Below, piece after piece: positions 55,163-64,000 of a stretch of 64,000 bases of DNA. The first letter of the stretch is position 1; every line of letters begins with the position of its first letter. Position numbers and translations under genes: made by a program. The stretch comes from Alphaproteobacteria bacterium (lineage in GTDB: Bacteria; Pseudomonadota; Alphaproteobacteria; Bin95). Location of the stretch: positions 2,080,001 to 2,144,000 of the forward strand of contig OZ219787.1 of NCBI GenBank assembly GCA_964291285.2, given 5' to 3'. The notes beneath the pieces were generated by a model. The model saw only the letters and a program-made list of their open reading frames with translations. It was not told the DNA's origin and did not search any database.

Positions 55163-55177
55163 CAGTTCTCTCTCCTG

Positions 55178-55657
55178 TCACCCTTCCAAATCACCGTGGA
55201 TGGCGAATTGTTCGAGGCCGGCGTCCTGGGGCTTGATCGAGCGGAAGCTTTCGCGGACGCCGGCTTCGGTGAGTTCGCGCGCGACCGTCAGCAGGGTGTT
55301 GGGGTCGTGGTCCTCGCAGAGCTCGGCCATGTGCTCCAGTTCCTCCCTGGCGACGGGCAGCGCCGCCTCGACCGAGGGCGCGCCGTAAATCTGGACGAAA
55401 TGCCCGGCGAGCCGCGCCGCCAGCGCCTCGAATTCCTCCTCCCGGACCGCGGTGACGGCGACGAAGGTGACGCGCCCGAAGGTCTCGACGCCGAGCCAGC
55501 CATTGGCGAAGGCCTGCCGCGCCTTGCCGACAAGGTCCGCCTCGGACCAGTTGGAGAACTCGAATCCGCCCGGAACGCACCACTCGCCCGTGCGCGCCGG
55601 GCTGTGGAAGATGCGCAGGTCGCTTTCGTCGAAATGGATGGCGCGCGCGAGATTCAC
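55178..55657 (-). CDS. DUF6505-like protein
   Basis: LARAIHFDESD..F...ARTGEW...GGFEF, GKARQAFANGWLG; context next to Mrp. Confidence 0.65.
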   Translation of the reverse strand: MNLARAIHFDESDLRIFHSPARTGEWCVPGGFEFSNWSEADLVGKARQAFANGWLGVETFGRVTFVAVTAVREEEFEALAARLAGHFVQIYGAPSVEAALPVAREELEHMAELCEDHDPNTLLTVARELTEAGVRESFRSIKPQDAGLEQFAIHGDLEG

Positions 55658-56370
55658 GTCTCTTCTCCCCGCTCCAGCAGGCCGGAGAGCGGCAGCAGGC
55701 TCGTCGTCCCGCCCTCGCGCAGCAGCATGCCGAAGCGCTCGTCTATGCCGACGAAGAGCCCTGTCCGCCCGCCGACGGCGGCTTCCTCGCCGATGCCGTG
55801 GGCAAGCCCGCGCCACTCCCCGTGCAGCGGCGCCGCACCGTCGTCGGACCAGCGGTTGATCCAGACCAGCGTGTGGCGCGACCAGCTCTCCAGCAGCGCA
55901 TCGGGCGCAACCTCCACGCAGCCCTCCTCATAGAGCGAGGTCCGGTCCGGCGCGGCGCCGGGCGCGTCCGCGTCCTCGGCGATGAGCGGCACTTCGAGGC
56001 CCACAACCAGCCAGTCGGGCACCTCGTCGGGCCCGCAGTCGGAAGCGTCGGCGCGCAGCCGCCCGCAGGAGGCGCCGTTCACGAGGATGCCGCCCTCCCA
56101 GGTGAGATGCACGGCGACCTCGGGCGGCGCCAGTGCGCCGAGCGCATTCTGGAACCCGACCCCGCAGGCCGGCAGCATCGCCATCGCGTCCTCCAGCGGC
56201 ACTTCCGGCGCGAACACGATGGCGGCCTTCAGCCAGTCGGCGCCGATATTGTGGAAGATCGACCCGCCGTCGCAGCCCAGCGCCGCCGAGGCGCAGGCCT
56301 TGGCGAAGGGGTCGATGCGGCCCTCGACCGCATGGCCCGTGAACAGCGGCGGGAAGACCGGCTCGCTCAT
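55654..56370 (-). CDS. Biotin/lipoate ligase-like protein (DUF4444 C-terminus)
   Basis: FPPL, APEVPL, W.G.ILVNG..CG, PDWLVVG, TSLYEEGC, GLFVGIDERFGMLL. Confidence 0.75.
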   Translation of the reverse strand: MSEPVFPPLFTGHAVEGRIDPFAKACASAALGCDGGSIFHNIGADWLKAAIVFAPEVPLEDAMAMLPACGVGFQNALGALAPPEVAVHLTWEGGILVNGASCGRLRADASDCGPDEVPDWLVVGLEVPLIAEDADAPGAAPDRTSLYEEGCVEVAPDALLESWSRHTLVWINRWSDDGAAPLHGEWRGLAHGIGEEAAVGGRTGLFVGIDERFGMLLREGGTTSLLPLSGLLERGEET

Positions 56371-57434
56371 CCGGCCCCGGTCTCGATCAGGTGCTGTGCG
56401 ACCTGGCGGAAGGCCGCTGCTTCGGGAGAGGCGGGCTTCGACACCACGATGGGCGCGCCGCCGTCGGACGCCAGCCGGATGCCGAGCGCCAGCGGAATCT
56501 CGGCGAGCAGCGGGATGCCGAGCTTCTCCGCCTCGGCGCGCACGCCGCCATGGCCGAACAGATGCTCCTCATGCCCGCAATTGGAGCAGATATGGGTGCT
56601 CATGTTCTCGATCATGCCGAGGATCGGCACCGACATCTTGCGGAACATGTCGACGCCCTTGCGCGCGTCCAGCAAGGCCACGTCCTGCGGGGTGGAAACG
56701 ACGATGGCGCCGGTGACCTCGGCGTTCTGCGAGAGCGTCATCGGCACGTCGCCCGTGCCGGGCGGCAGGTCCGCCAGCAGCACATCGAGCGCGCCCCACT
56801 GCACCTGGTTCATCATCTGCTGCAGCGCGCCCATCAGCATCGGTCCGCGCCAGACCACCGCCTCGTCCTCGCGCGTCATCAGCCCGATGGACATCATGGT
56901 GACGCCGTGGTTGCGCAGCGGCAGGATGGTCTTGCCGTCGGGCGAGGCCGGGCGCCCGGAAACGCCGAGCATCCTTGGCTGCGACGGCCCGTAGACATCG
57001 GCGTCGAGCAGGCCGACGCGGCGCCCCTCGGCCGCCAGCGCCGCGGCGAGATTGGCGGTCACGGTAGACTTGCCGACGCCGCCCTTGCCGGACGCAACGG
57101 CGACGATGCGGTCCACGCCCGGTATCTGGCGCGGCCCGGCGGGCTCCGAGCGGCGGCCGATATTGAGCTCCGGCCCCGGCGCCGCTTCGCGGTGGGCGGT
57201 CATCACGGCGGACACCTGCTCGACGCCCGGCACCGCGCGCACCGCTGCCTCCGCCTCCGCGCGCACACCCTCCATGATCTCGGCGCGGGCCGGGTCGATC
57301 TCCAGCACGAAACGCACCGTGTCGCCATCCACCGTCAGCGCCCGGACCGGGCCGGCGGAGACGAGGTCCTGCCCGCTGATCGGATCGGTAACGCCCTTGA
57401 GCGCCGCCAGCACCTCCTCGCGCGTTGCGGTCAT
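56367..57434 (-). CDS. apbC: Mrp/NBP35 (ApbC) Fe-S cluster carrier ATPase
   Basis: SGKGGVGKST, DADVYGPS, WRGPM, DLPPGTGD, ENMS..CSNC. Confidence 0.95.
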   Translation of the reverse strand: MTATREEVLAALKGVTDPISGQDLVSAGPVRALTVDGDTVRFVLEIDPARAEIMEGVRAEAEAAVRAVPGVEQVSAVMTAHREAAPGPELNIGRRSEPAGPRQIPGVDRIVAVASGKGGVGKSTVTANLAAALAAEGRRVGLLDADVYGPSQPRMLGVSGRPASPDGKTILPLRNHGVTMMSIGLMTREDEAVVWRGPMLMGALQQMMNQVQWGALDVLLADLPPGTGDVPMTLSQNAEVTGAIVVSTPQDVALLDARKGVDMFRKMSVPILGMIENMSTHICSNCGHEEHLFGHGGVRAEAEKLGIPLLAEIPLALGIRLASDGGAPIVVSKPASPEAAAFRQVAQHLIETGAG

Positions 57435-57634
57435 CCGGCCTTCCCGTCGATGCGTCCCTCGACGCTGTGGGAAAGATCGAGTTCGTCGATGGTCAGCACC
57501 ATGCGGGCGGTAAAGCTCTTCCCCGCCGTCCGCTCCTCCCCGGCGCTGCGCATCGCTTCCTCGATCGCCTGCTGGGAGGTGACGCCGACCTGCTTCAGGA
57601 ATTTGCGCATCGACATGTTGAAATCGCCACTCAT
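57431..57634 (-). CDS. DUF6494-like small protein
   Basis: FNMSMRKFLKQVGVTSQQAIE. Confidence 0.7.
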   Translation of the reverse strand: MSGDFNMSMRKFLKQVGVTSQQAIEEAMRSAGEERTAGKSFTARMVLTIDELDLSHSVEGRIDGKAG

Positions 57635-57670
57635 CGGAACCTCCTCCTGCTCCGCCGTCCGGTTTCATGC

Positions 57671-57703
57671 GAGTTTAGCGGAGTTTAGCGAAGTTTAGCG
57701 AAG
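57671..57703 (+). repeat. 10-bp tandem repeat (G/A)AGTTTAGCG x3 in a divergent intergenic region
   Basis: gagtttagcg gagtttagcg aagtttagcg aag. Confidence 0.85.
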
Positions 57704-57759
57704 ACTCCCCGCAAAGTCCGCGTGGCTGCTACGCTAGCCGCTTCCTCGGCGCGGGAGGA

Positions 57760-58533
57760 ATGGCGATGTCGATCCGGTGGAGACTCGGACTGGCCGCAAT
57801 GTTCATGCTGGCGGTGGCCGGCGCGGAGGCTGAGGAGCGCCGCATAACGGTGGCGGCGAGCCCCGAGCTGATCGAGAGCGGGCTTTTGAAGCACATGCTG
57901 CCACGGTTCTCGCTGAAGACCGGCATCCGGACGACCCCGGTCCCGCTCGAACCCGGCGTCGGGGCGGACATGCTCATCGGTCCGGCGGTGGACGGAGGCC
58001 GCCCGGTCTTCCGCGGCGGGGAGACGGTCTATCTGGCCGGCCCCGGCGCGGGCGCGAAACAGGCGCTGGCGGAACGCTTCCTCGACTGGCTCGCTTCCGA
58101 CATCGGCCAGCGCACGGTGGCGTCCTTCGCGCCGGACGGGAAACAGCTCTACGAGCCGGCGGCGGGCGCCAGGGTGGAAGTGAAGGGTCCGGCGGTGACG
58201 GGCGATGCGCTGGCGGGCGAGCGTCTGGCGCTGGTCCATTGCGGGCGCTGCCACGTGGTCGGGGAGAAGAACCGCATGGGGGGCATTGGTTCGACGCCGT
58301 CCTTCGCCGTGCTGCGCACGCTCGGCGACTGGGAGCGGCGCTTCCGGGCGTTTTTCACGCTCAACCCGCATCCGGCCTTCACGCAGGTCCCCGGCGTCAC
58401 GCCGCCCTTTGACGAGGCGCGTCCGCCGCCGATCGCACCGCTGGAGATCACGCTCGCCGACATCGACGCGATCCTGGCCTATGCCGCCTCGCTCGCCCCG
58501 GCGGAGCTCGCCGAGCCGCTCAAATACGAGTAG
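57760..58533 (+). CDS. Secreted c-type cytochrome with an extra N-terminal domain
   Basis: Signal peptide; ESGLLKHMLPRFSLKTG; heme motif CGRCH; IGSTPSF; NPHPAF. Confidence 0.8.
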   Translation: MAMSIRWRLGLAAMFMLAVAGAEAEERRITVAASPELIESGLLKHMLPRFSLKTGIRTTPVPLEPGVGADMLIGPAVDGGRPVFRGGETVYLAGPGAGAKQALAERFLDWLASDIGQRTVASFAPDGKQLYEPAAGARVEVKGPAVTGDALAGERLALVHCGRCHVVGEKNRMGGIGSTPSFAVLRTLGDWERRFRAFFTLNPHPAFTQVPGVTPPFDEARPPPIAPLEITLADIDAILAYAASLAPAELAEPLKYE

Positions 58534-59671
58534 CGCCGCCCGCCGCGCCACGATAATGCGCGGCCAGCCGGCCCGAGAGCGCCAACACCGTGTCGAGCTC
58601 CCGCCTCCCGGACCAGGCGGCGAACTCGCCCAGCCCGATGGCGGCGTCGCCGTCTCCGCCGAGCAGCAGCACGGCATCGCCGACCGCGGCGTCCTCGACA
58701 TCCGAGAGGTCGAGGGTCAGATGCTCGAGCGACACGGCCAGGACCGGCGCCCGCCGGCCGCGTATCAGCGCCTCCGGCCGGCTGCCCGGCGCGGGCCGGG
58801 CCAGGCCCTGTGCGGCGCCGACGGGCGCGACGCCGGTGCGCCGGCCGCGGCGTATGCCATAGCCGCCGGCGATGGCGATATCGCTTCCCTGCGGGTGATC
58901 AGACACCTGCACGAGCCGGCTCCCGACCTCGGCAAGGACCGGCTTGAACGCGGATACGTCCGCAACCGAGGCCTCGGCGAAGGGCGACAGGCCGTAGAGC
59001 AGGTGGCCGACGCAGACCGCATTGGACCGGTCGGGCAGTCCGGCGGCGACGGAGGCGCTGGCGCCCGCCTGGGTGACCGGCGGCGCCAGCCCGCGCGCTT
59101 CGAGGCGCGCAAGCAGCGCGTCGAAGGCAGCGAACCGTTCCCTGGCCCAGTCGCGCCCGCGCGCATCGCCGAAGGGCAGATGCGTATAGAGCCCCTGCAC
59201 CTCAAGGCCCGGCATGGCGGCGAGACCGGCAAGGAAGCCCTCGGCCTCCTCGAGCGGCACGCCGAGCCGGCCCAGACCGGCATTGACCTTGACATAGGCC
59301 GGGGCCGGCTTCCCCGCCGCCACACGCGCCGCGGCTTCGGCTCCCGCCCGGTCCACGATTGTCGGCACCAGCCCGGCGCCCACGAGATCGGCCATGCCTT
59401 CCGGCAGTGCGCCGGCGAACATGACGACGGGCGTGCGCAGCCCCTCCGCGCGCAGCCGGCAGGCCTCGTCGAAGGAGCCGGTCATGAACGCCGCGAACCC
59501 CTCGCGGTCGAGCGCCCGCGCCACGGGCGCGGCGCCATGTCCGTAGGCATTGCCCTTGAGCGCGGCGATGCAGGCCTGTCCGGGCGCGCACCGGCGGCGG
59601 ATCGCGGCGAGATTGGCCAGCAGCCGGTCCAGATCGTAAACGGTCCAGCCGGGATGCGCGGCTTCCGACAT
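58520..59671 (-). CDS. Alanine racemase family PLP enzyme (divergent)
   Basis: DL..L..N, LKGNAYGHG, KVNAGLGRLG, GLYTH, G.LLYG. Confidence 0.85.
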   Translation of the reverse strand: MSEAAHPGWTVYDLDRLLANLAAIRRRCAPGQACIAALKGNAYGHGAAPVARALDREGFAAFMTGSFDEACRLRAEGLRTPVVMFAGALPEGMADLVGAGLVPTIVDRAGAEAAARVAAGKPAPAYVKVNAGLGRLGVPLEEAEGFLAGLAAMPGLEVQGLYTHLPFGDARGRDWARERFAAFDALLARLEARGLAPPVTQAGASASVAAGLPDRSNAVCVGHLLYGLSPFAEASVADVSAFKPVLAEVGSRLVQVSDHPQGSDIAIAGGYGIRRGRRTGVAPVGAAQGLARPAPGSRPEALIRGRRAPVLAVSLEHLTLDLSDVEDAAVGDAVLLLGGDGDAAIGLGEFAAWSGRRELDTVLALSGRLAAHYRGAAGGATRI

Positions 59672-59902
59672 GCGATCTCCCTCCCCGGAACGCGCCCGCG
59701 GCCGGGCGCATGCCCTTGCGGTTCCTTCGCGCTTGCGAAGCGAAAAGGCGGCCTCCGAATCCGCCTTCGCTTTGCCGGCACATTACCACGGCTTTTCCGC
59801 GTTCGGCCCCGGCGCGGGCGGCGCGCAGGCAGTATGGCGCGGGGCTCTCGAATCGCTGCTAGGGTCCCGGCGGTCGAACCCGGTGCCTGCTGACGACAGA
59901 CG

Positions 59903-60538
59903 ATGAAGAGGCCGCCCCCTCCCTCTCGCATTGCTTTGCCGGGTTTCCGCAGGCTTGCGCCCTGGGCCGTCCTGCTCGCCCTTCCCGCCTGTTCCGGCGT
60001 CATCGACAACTCCGAACAGCCTGTTACGGTCTTCACCGACCCTCCGGGCGCTTACTGTGTGCTGAGCCGCAACGGCGCAACGGTCGGTGTCGTATCGCCC
60101 TCCCCGGGCCTTCTGCATGTGGGCAACAGCAAGCACGACATTTCGGTTCGCTGCTCCAAGGCCCTGCACGAGGACGAAACCGCCGTGCTTGCCGCATCCC
60201 GCCGGGACCTGACCATCGGCCAGATCGTGGTGAAGGGGGCGATCGGCCTTGCCGTCGATGCGGGCACTGGCGCAACGCACGAATATCCGTCCTCGATAAC
60301 GGTCTTCCTGGCCCCGCTCTCATTCGAGAACGCCGAAAAGCGGGACCGCCATTACGCCCGCCTGAAGACGCGAGTCGCCAGGGACGCAACGGCCGCAATC
60401 GCCCGAATCGAAAAGAATTGCGCCGAGCCGCTGACGCGTCTTTGCAAGAACAGGATAAGCGCCGTCAAAGCCGCCAGGGATGCCGACATCGACGATCTCG
60501 AAGCCAAGCGGCGGAGGGCGAAAATCGGGCGCGGCTAG
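59903..60538 (+). CDS. Hypothetical lipoprotein
   Basis: Lipobox LPAC; Q.VTV.TDPPGA.C; IGLAVDAGTGA...YP. Confidence 0.75.
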   Translation: MKRPPPPSRIALPGFRRLAPWAVLLALPACSGVIDNSEQPVTVFTDPPGAYCVLSRNGATVGVVSPSPGLLHVGNSKHDISVRCSKALHEDETAVLAASRRDLTIGQIVVKGAIGLAVDAGTGATHEYPSSITVFLAPLSFENAEKRDRHYARLKTRVARDATAAIARIEKNCAEPLTRLCKNRISAVKAARDADIDDLEAKRRRAKIGRG

Positions 60539-60660
60539 CCGGGCCGGCGGCCAGGCGGCTTTCGGCCATGAACGGCGGCGTTTTCGTTTTCGGACGCGCG
60601 GACTATATGACCTTGCGCCGGGCGCGTTCGAAACGCTGACCGCCCCGGCCCGGGCGGGAG

Positions 60661-61704
60661 GTGCCGGTCCAGCCGATGTTCGAGACGCTGGGATTCGAGG
60701 AGACGACGCCGCTTGCGGCCTCCGTCCTGTTCGGGCTGGCGCTGGGCGGCCTCTACGGCGTGCTGGCGCAGCGCAGCGCCTTCTGCCTCCGCCGGAGCCT
60801 GGTCGGCCGGTGGCGCGACTGCCTTCCCGCGCTGGGCGCCTGGGCGATGGCGCTGGCCACGGCGATTGCCGGAACCCGGCTGGCGGTTGCGATGGACCTG
60901 GTTTCCTTCGAGGCGCACCGCTTTCTCGCGGCGGACGTTCCGGTCCTGTCCGCGCTGCTGGGCGGCGCGCTGTTCGGGACCGGCATGGTGCTGGCCGGAG
61001 GATGCGTGTCGCGCCTCACCGTGCTCACCGGCAGCGGCAATCTGCGCGCCCTCTTCGTGCTGGTCGTCTTTGCGATAACCGCCCATGCAGCGATGAAGGG
61101 GGTGCTGGCGCCGCTGCGCCAGGTGCTCGGAGAGGCCAGCGTCTATGGCGGCGAGGCGCCGGCGCTCACGGTCCTGCCCGGCGGAGAAGCCTGGCCGCTC
61201 GTCCTCGCGCTGCTGGCGGCGGTCTTCGCGCTGCGTTCCGGCGCGCCGGCCTCCCGGCTGGCGATGGCGGGCGCAATCGGCCTGCTGGTGCCGCTCGGCT
61301 GGGTCGGCACGGGCTTCCTGCTGCTCGACGATTTCGACCCGATTCCGCTCCAGTCGATGGGCTTTACGGGGCCGACGGCCGACACCCTGTTCTGGGCCGT
61401 GGCGGCGACCTCCATTCCGGCCGGCTTCGGTACCGGGCTTGCAGCGGGGGTCGTTGCCGGCAGCCTGGCCGCGGCGCTCGCGGCGGGCGAGTTCCGCTGG
61501 GAGAGCCTCGAAAGCCCCCGGCAGACCGGGCGCTACCTTGCCGGCGCCGTGATGATGGGAGCGGGCGGCGTGCTGGCGGGCGGCTGCACGGTCGGCGCGG
61601 GCCTCTCCGGCGTGTCCACCGCCAGCCTTGCGGCCCTGCTGGCGCTTGCCGCCATGGCTGCCTCGGCGAGGGTTGCGGGCGCGGTTTTCGCCGGCCGCCG
61701 CTGA
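60661..61704 (+). CDS. YeeE/YedE family sulfur-compound transporter
   Basis: RSAFCLRR, GMVLAGGC, GGVLAGGCTVGAG; multi-TM. Confidence 0.9.
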   Translation: MPVQPMFETLGFEETTPLAASVLFGLALGGLYGVLAQRSAFCLRRSLVGRWRDCLPALGAWAMALATAIAGTRLAVAMDLVSFEAHRFLAADVPVLSALLGGALFGTGMVLAGGCVSRLTVLTGSGNLRALFVLVVFAITAHAAMKGVLAPLRQVLGEASVYGGEAPALTVLPGGEAWPLVLALLAAVFALRSGAPASRLAMAGAIGLLVPLGWVGTGFLLLDDFDPIPLQSMGFTGPTADTLFWAVAATSIPAGFGTGLAAGVVAGSLAAALAAGEFRWESLESPRQTGRYLAGAVMMGAGGVLAGGCTVGAGLSGVSTASLAALLALAAMAASARVAGAVFAGRR

Positions 61705-61712
61705 GGCGTGCC

Positions 61713-62039
61713 CTACTCGACGGCGATTTTCCTGCTGAGGCTGTAGATCGAGCCGTCATCGTCGCGCCATTCGAATTCGAGCAGGCCCGACTCGGGCAGG
61801 GACAGCTCGAACCGGATATAGGGATCGCTCGAGACCGCCGGCTCCAGCGCGACGGAGAGCGCCTCCTCGCCGTTGAACCGCACCGTGAAGCTGTTGACGA
61901 TCCAGCGGGGTATCGGCTTGCCGTCGCGGTCGCGGCGCAGCCCCGTGTGCATCGGGTGGGTAATTTTCGTCCTGACCGTGAAGGGCGTGTTCGCCTCGAC
62001 CGATTTCGGAAGCTTTACGCGGGGAGTGGATTTCGCCAT
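61713..62039 (-). CDS. soxZ: Thiosulfate oxidation carrier complex protein SoxZ
   Basis: HPMHTGLRRD..GK.IP, AVSSDPY..F, W.DDDG. Confidence 0.9.
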   Translation of the reverse strand: MAKSTPRVKLPKSVEANTPFTVRTKITHPMHTGLRRDRDGKPIPRWIVNSFTVRFNGEEALSVALEPAVSSDPYIRFELSLPESGLLEFEWRDDDGSIYSLSRKIAVE

Positions 62040-62049
62040 GTCCGGCCCC

Positions 62050-62475
62050 TCACCCGCAGCCGCCGACCGTCACGGCGACCTGCCGGCTGGCCCTGCGGAA
62101 CGTGCCGTCCGCCATCTCTGCCACGGCGATCACGTTCTGACTCCTGGCGAGCCGGATGCGGATCGTGGCCTCGGGCGGCGTCAGCCTCCCGAAGGAAAAC
62201 ACCGCCACGCCGGGATTCGGGTTCGCGTCGGCGAAAAGCGCAATGCGCCGCGCGCCCTCCGCGGCGACCCGCACCGGCACCGCGCCGCCATTGTCGGCGA
62301 TCTCGGGAACGTCCAGCGACACGCCGGCTTCCAGCGCCCTGGCGCCCTTCGTGAAGGCCGCAATGGCCCCGGCGACGCCGTTCGTATCCGCCGCCGCGCC
62401 GGCGGGAAGCATCGCCGCAGCGGCGGCAAGGCCGCCCAGCCTCATCACATCCCTGCGCGTCGGAGCCATGCCCAC
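62050..62475 (-). CDS. soxY: Thiosulfate oxidation carrier protein SoxY
   Basis: Tat signal TRRDV, PEIADNG..VP, NPNP, RIRLA.SQ.V.AVA, C-terminus VTVGGCG. Confidence 0.92.
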   Translation of the reverse strand: MGMAPTRRDVMRLGGLAAAAAMLPAGAAADTNGVAGAIAAFTKGARALEAGVSLDVPEIADNGGAVPVRVAAEGARRIALFADANPNPGVAVFSFGRLTPPEATIRIRLARSQNVIAVAEMADGTFRRASRQVAVTVGGCG

Positions 62476-62529
62476 GCCTTTCCGTGTTCGCCGGACAGCT
62501 GTCGATATGGTGTCCCGCCGCCGGTCTCG

Positions 62530-63393
62530 TCAAGCCGCCTCGACGCGCTCCCGGCCGGCGATGGTGGTGCGGTGCATGATGCGGCGGTGGGCGGGGTTGT
62601 AGGGCATGACCCGGTGGACCGTGCAGCGGTTGTCCCAGAGCAGCACGTCGTGCGGCCGCCAGCGGTGGCGGTAGATGAAGCGCTCATCGTCGATGAACGC
62701 CTCCAGCCGCGCGACCAGCGCCGCCGCGCCTTGCGGGTCCATGCCTTCCACGGCGTCGTTGTAGATCGGGCTGATATAGAGCGAGGCCTCGCCCGTCTCC
62801 GGGTGGCGGCGGACGAGGGGCTGCCAGACCGGCGGCATGCGCGCGCGCTCCTCGTCGGTCAGCGGCTTGAGCGGCTTCAGCCGGTGCAGGTTCTCGAAAT
62901 CGTGCCGCGCACGCCGGCCTTCGACCTCACGGCGCAGCTCCTCCGGGAGCGCGCGCAGCACGGCGGCCATGTTCGCGAACATGGTCTCGCCGCCCTCTTC
63001 CGTCACCTCGACCCCGTGCAACAGCGAGCCGACCGACGGCTTCTCGCGGTAGCTGCTGTCCGTATGCCAGCGCCGGGCGAGCGAAATCTGGTGCTGCACC
63101 GGGTCGTCCGGCGTCATCAGGTTGCCGTCCTCATCGACATTGGAGACGCGGAAGATCTCCGGCAGGCGCTTCGAGCGGATGATGTCCTGGTGGAACACTT
63201 CGAGCTCGCCGAAGCGCCGGCCGAAGGCGAGCAGCGCCTCGTCCGGGACGGGCTGGCCGGGAAACACCAGCACCTTGTGGCGCATCCAGGCGGCGTGGAT
63301 GTCCCCGAACAGGCCGTCGGTCAGCGGCCTGCCCATGTCGAAGCCGGTGACTTCCGCGCCGATCTCCGGCGCAAGCGGGCGTATCTCAAGCAT
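62530..63393 (-). CDS. TauD/TfdA family Fe(II)/2-oxoglutarate dioxygenase
   Basis: IGAEV.G.D, WHTDSSY, GGETMFA, HPETG, WDNRCTVH, MHRTT. Confidence 0.92.
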   Translation of the reverse strand: MLEIRPLAPEIGAEVTGFDMGRPLTDGLFGDIHAAWMRHKVLVFPGQPVPDEALLAFGRRFGELEVFHQDIIRSKRLPEIFRVSNVDEDGNLMTPDDPVQHQISLARRWHTDSSYREKPSVGSLLHGVEVTEEGGETMFANMAAVLRALPEELRREVEGRRARHDFENLHRLKPLKPLTDEERARMPPVWQPLVRRHPETGEASLYISPIYNDAVEGMDPQGAAALVARLEAFIDDERFIYRHRWRPHDVLLWDNRCTVHRVMPYNPAHRRIMHRTTIAGRERVEAA

Positions 63394-63414
63394 CGGGCGC
63401 CTCCCTGTCCGTCG

Positions 63415-64000
63415 CTATCCGTGCGCGCGCAGCATCCGGCGCGCGATGACCATGCGGTGGACCTCGCTCGGCCCCTCGTAAACGCGCATGAGCCGCACTT
63501 TCTGGGCCATCAGCTGGAGCGGCAACTCCCTGGTAACGCCCATCGCGCCGAAGGCCTGCTGGGCGCGGTCCACGATCTCGGTCGCCATCTCGGTGGCATA
63601 GACCTTGATCATCGAGGCCTCGGTGCGCACGTCCTCGCCCCGGTCCTGCTTAACGGCCGCATCCATCACCATCAGCGAGCAGGCATGGACCCTGGTCGCG
63701 CCGTCGGCGATCCACCACTGGATCGCCTGCCGGTCGGCGAGGCGCTCGCCGAAGGTCACCCGCTGGCTGGCATGTTCGCAGAGCATCTTGAGCGCGCGCC
63801 GCGCCATGCCCACGCACCATGCGCCCATCTGGAGCCGGCGCACGGTCAGCCGAAGCTGCATCGGGCCGAAGCCGTTGCCGACCTGCCCCAGCACCTGGCG
63901 CTCGTGGACGCGGCAGTTCTCGAACACGACCTCATAGGTGCGCGCGCCGCCGAGCATGGGGATTTCGCGCTCGACGATGAAGCCGGGCGTGTCCTTCTCG
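63415..64000 (-). CDS. Acyl-CoA dehydrogenase (C-terminal part; runs off the right edge)
   Basis: R.TFG..LAD.QAIQW, EASMIK, Q.FGAMG, RVYEGPSEVHR. Confidence 0.9.
   Translation of the reverse strand, partial: EKDTPGFIVEREIPMLGGARTYEVVFENCRVHERQVLGQVGNGFGPMQLRLTVRRLQMGAWCVGMARRALKMLCEHASQRVTFGERLADRQAIQWWIADGATRVHACSLMVMDAAVKQDRGEDVRTEASMIKVYATEMATEIVDRAQQAFGAMGVTRELPLQLMAQKVRLMRVYEGPSEVHRMVIARRMLRAHG

Overview
High-GC bacterial DNA in two blocks. (1) Positions 1-39246 are an almost entirely minus-strand, tightly translationally coupled integrated element with an IncI1/Dot-Icm-type (type IVB, MPF-I) secretion/conjugation gene set (dotA/traY, traW- and traV-like, icmB, icmD, icmC, icmE, icmK, icmL, icmT, dotB, dotC, dotD) and a type IVb (R64 thin-pilus-like) pilus operon (pilN fragment, pilO, pilP, pilQ, pilR, pilS, two pilV-like genes). 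Its unusual points are three pilins with no class III leader and no prepilin peptidase in view, a four-gene cassette inside the pil operon (secreted Cys-rich protein with a FrpC-like self-processing module, GNAT, fatty-acid desaturase, lipoprotein), two TbpB-like surface lipoproteins, a family of paralogous membrane proteins and two nested antisense gene pairs. A 4049-bp IS21-family transposon (IRs plus 5-bp target duplication) with a Zn-finger gene and a degenerate Toprim gene interrupts it. An IS1595-family element carrying a DNA methyltransferase-HNH fusion truncates it inside pilN. (2) Positions 41672-64000 look like ordinary, probably alphaproteobacterial, chromosome: RND efflux pair, MlrC/M81 peptidase, Dpp/Opp ABC transporter, nucleoside deoxyribosyltransferase, a low-GC nuclease gene, Mrp/ApbC cluster, cytochrome c, alanine-racemase-like, YeeE, soxYZ, TauD, acyl-CoA dehydrogenase. 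No rRNA, tRNA or CRISPR array was seen. All family calls come from recognising motifs by eye; no database search was run.
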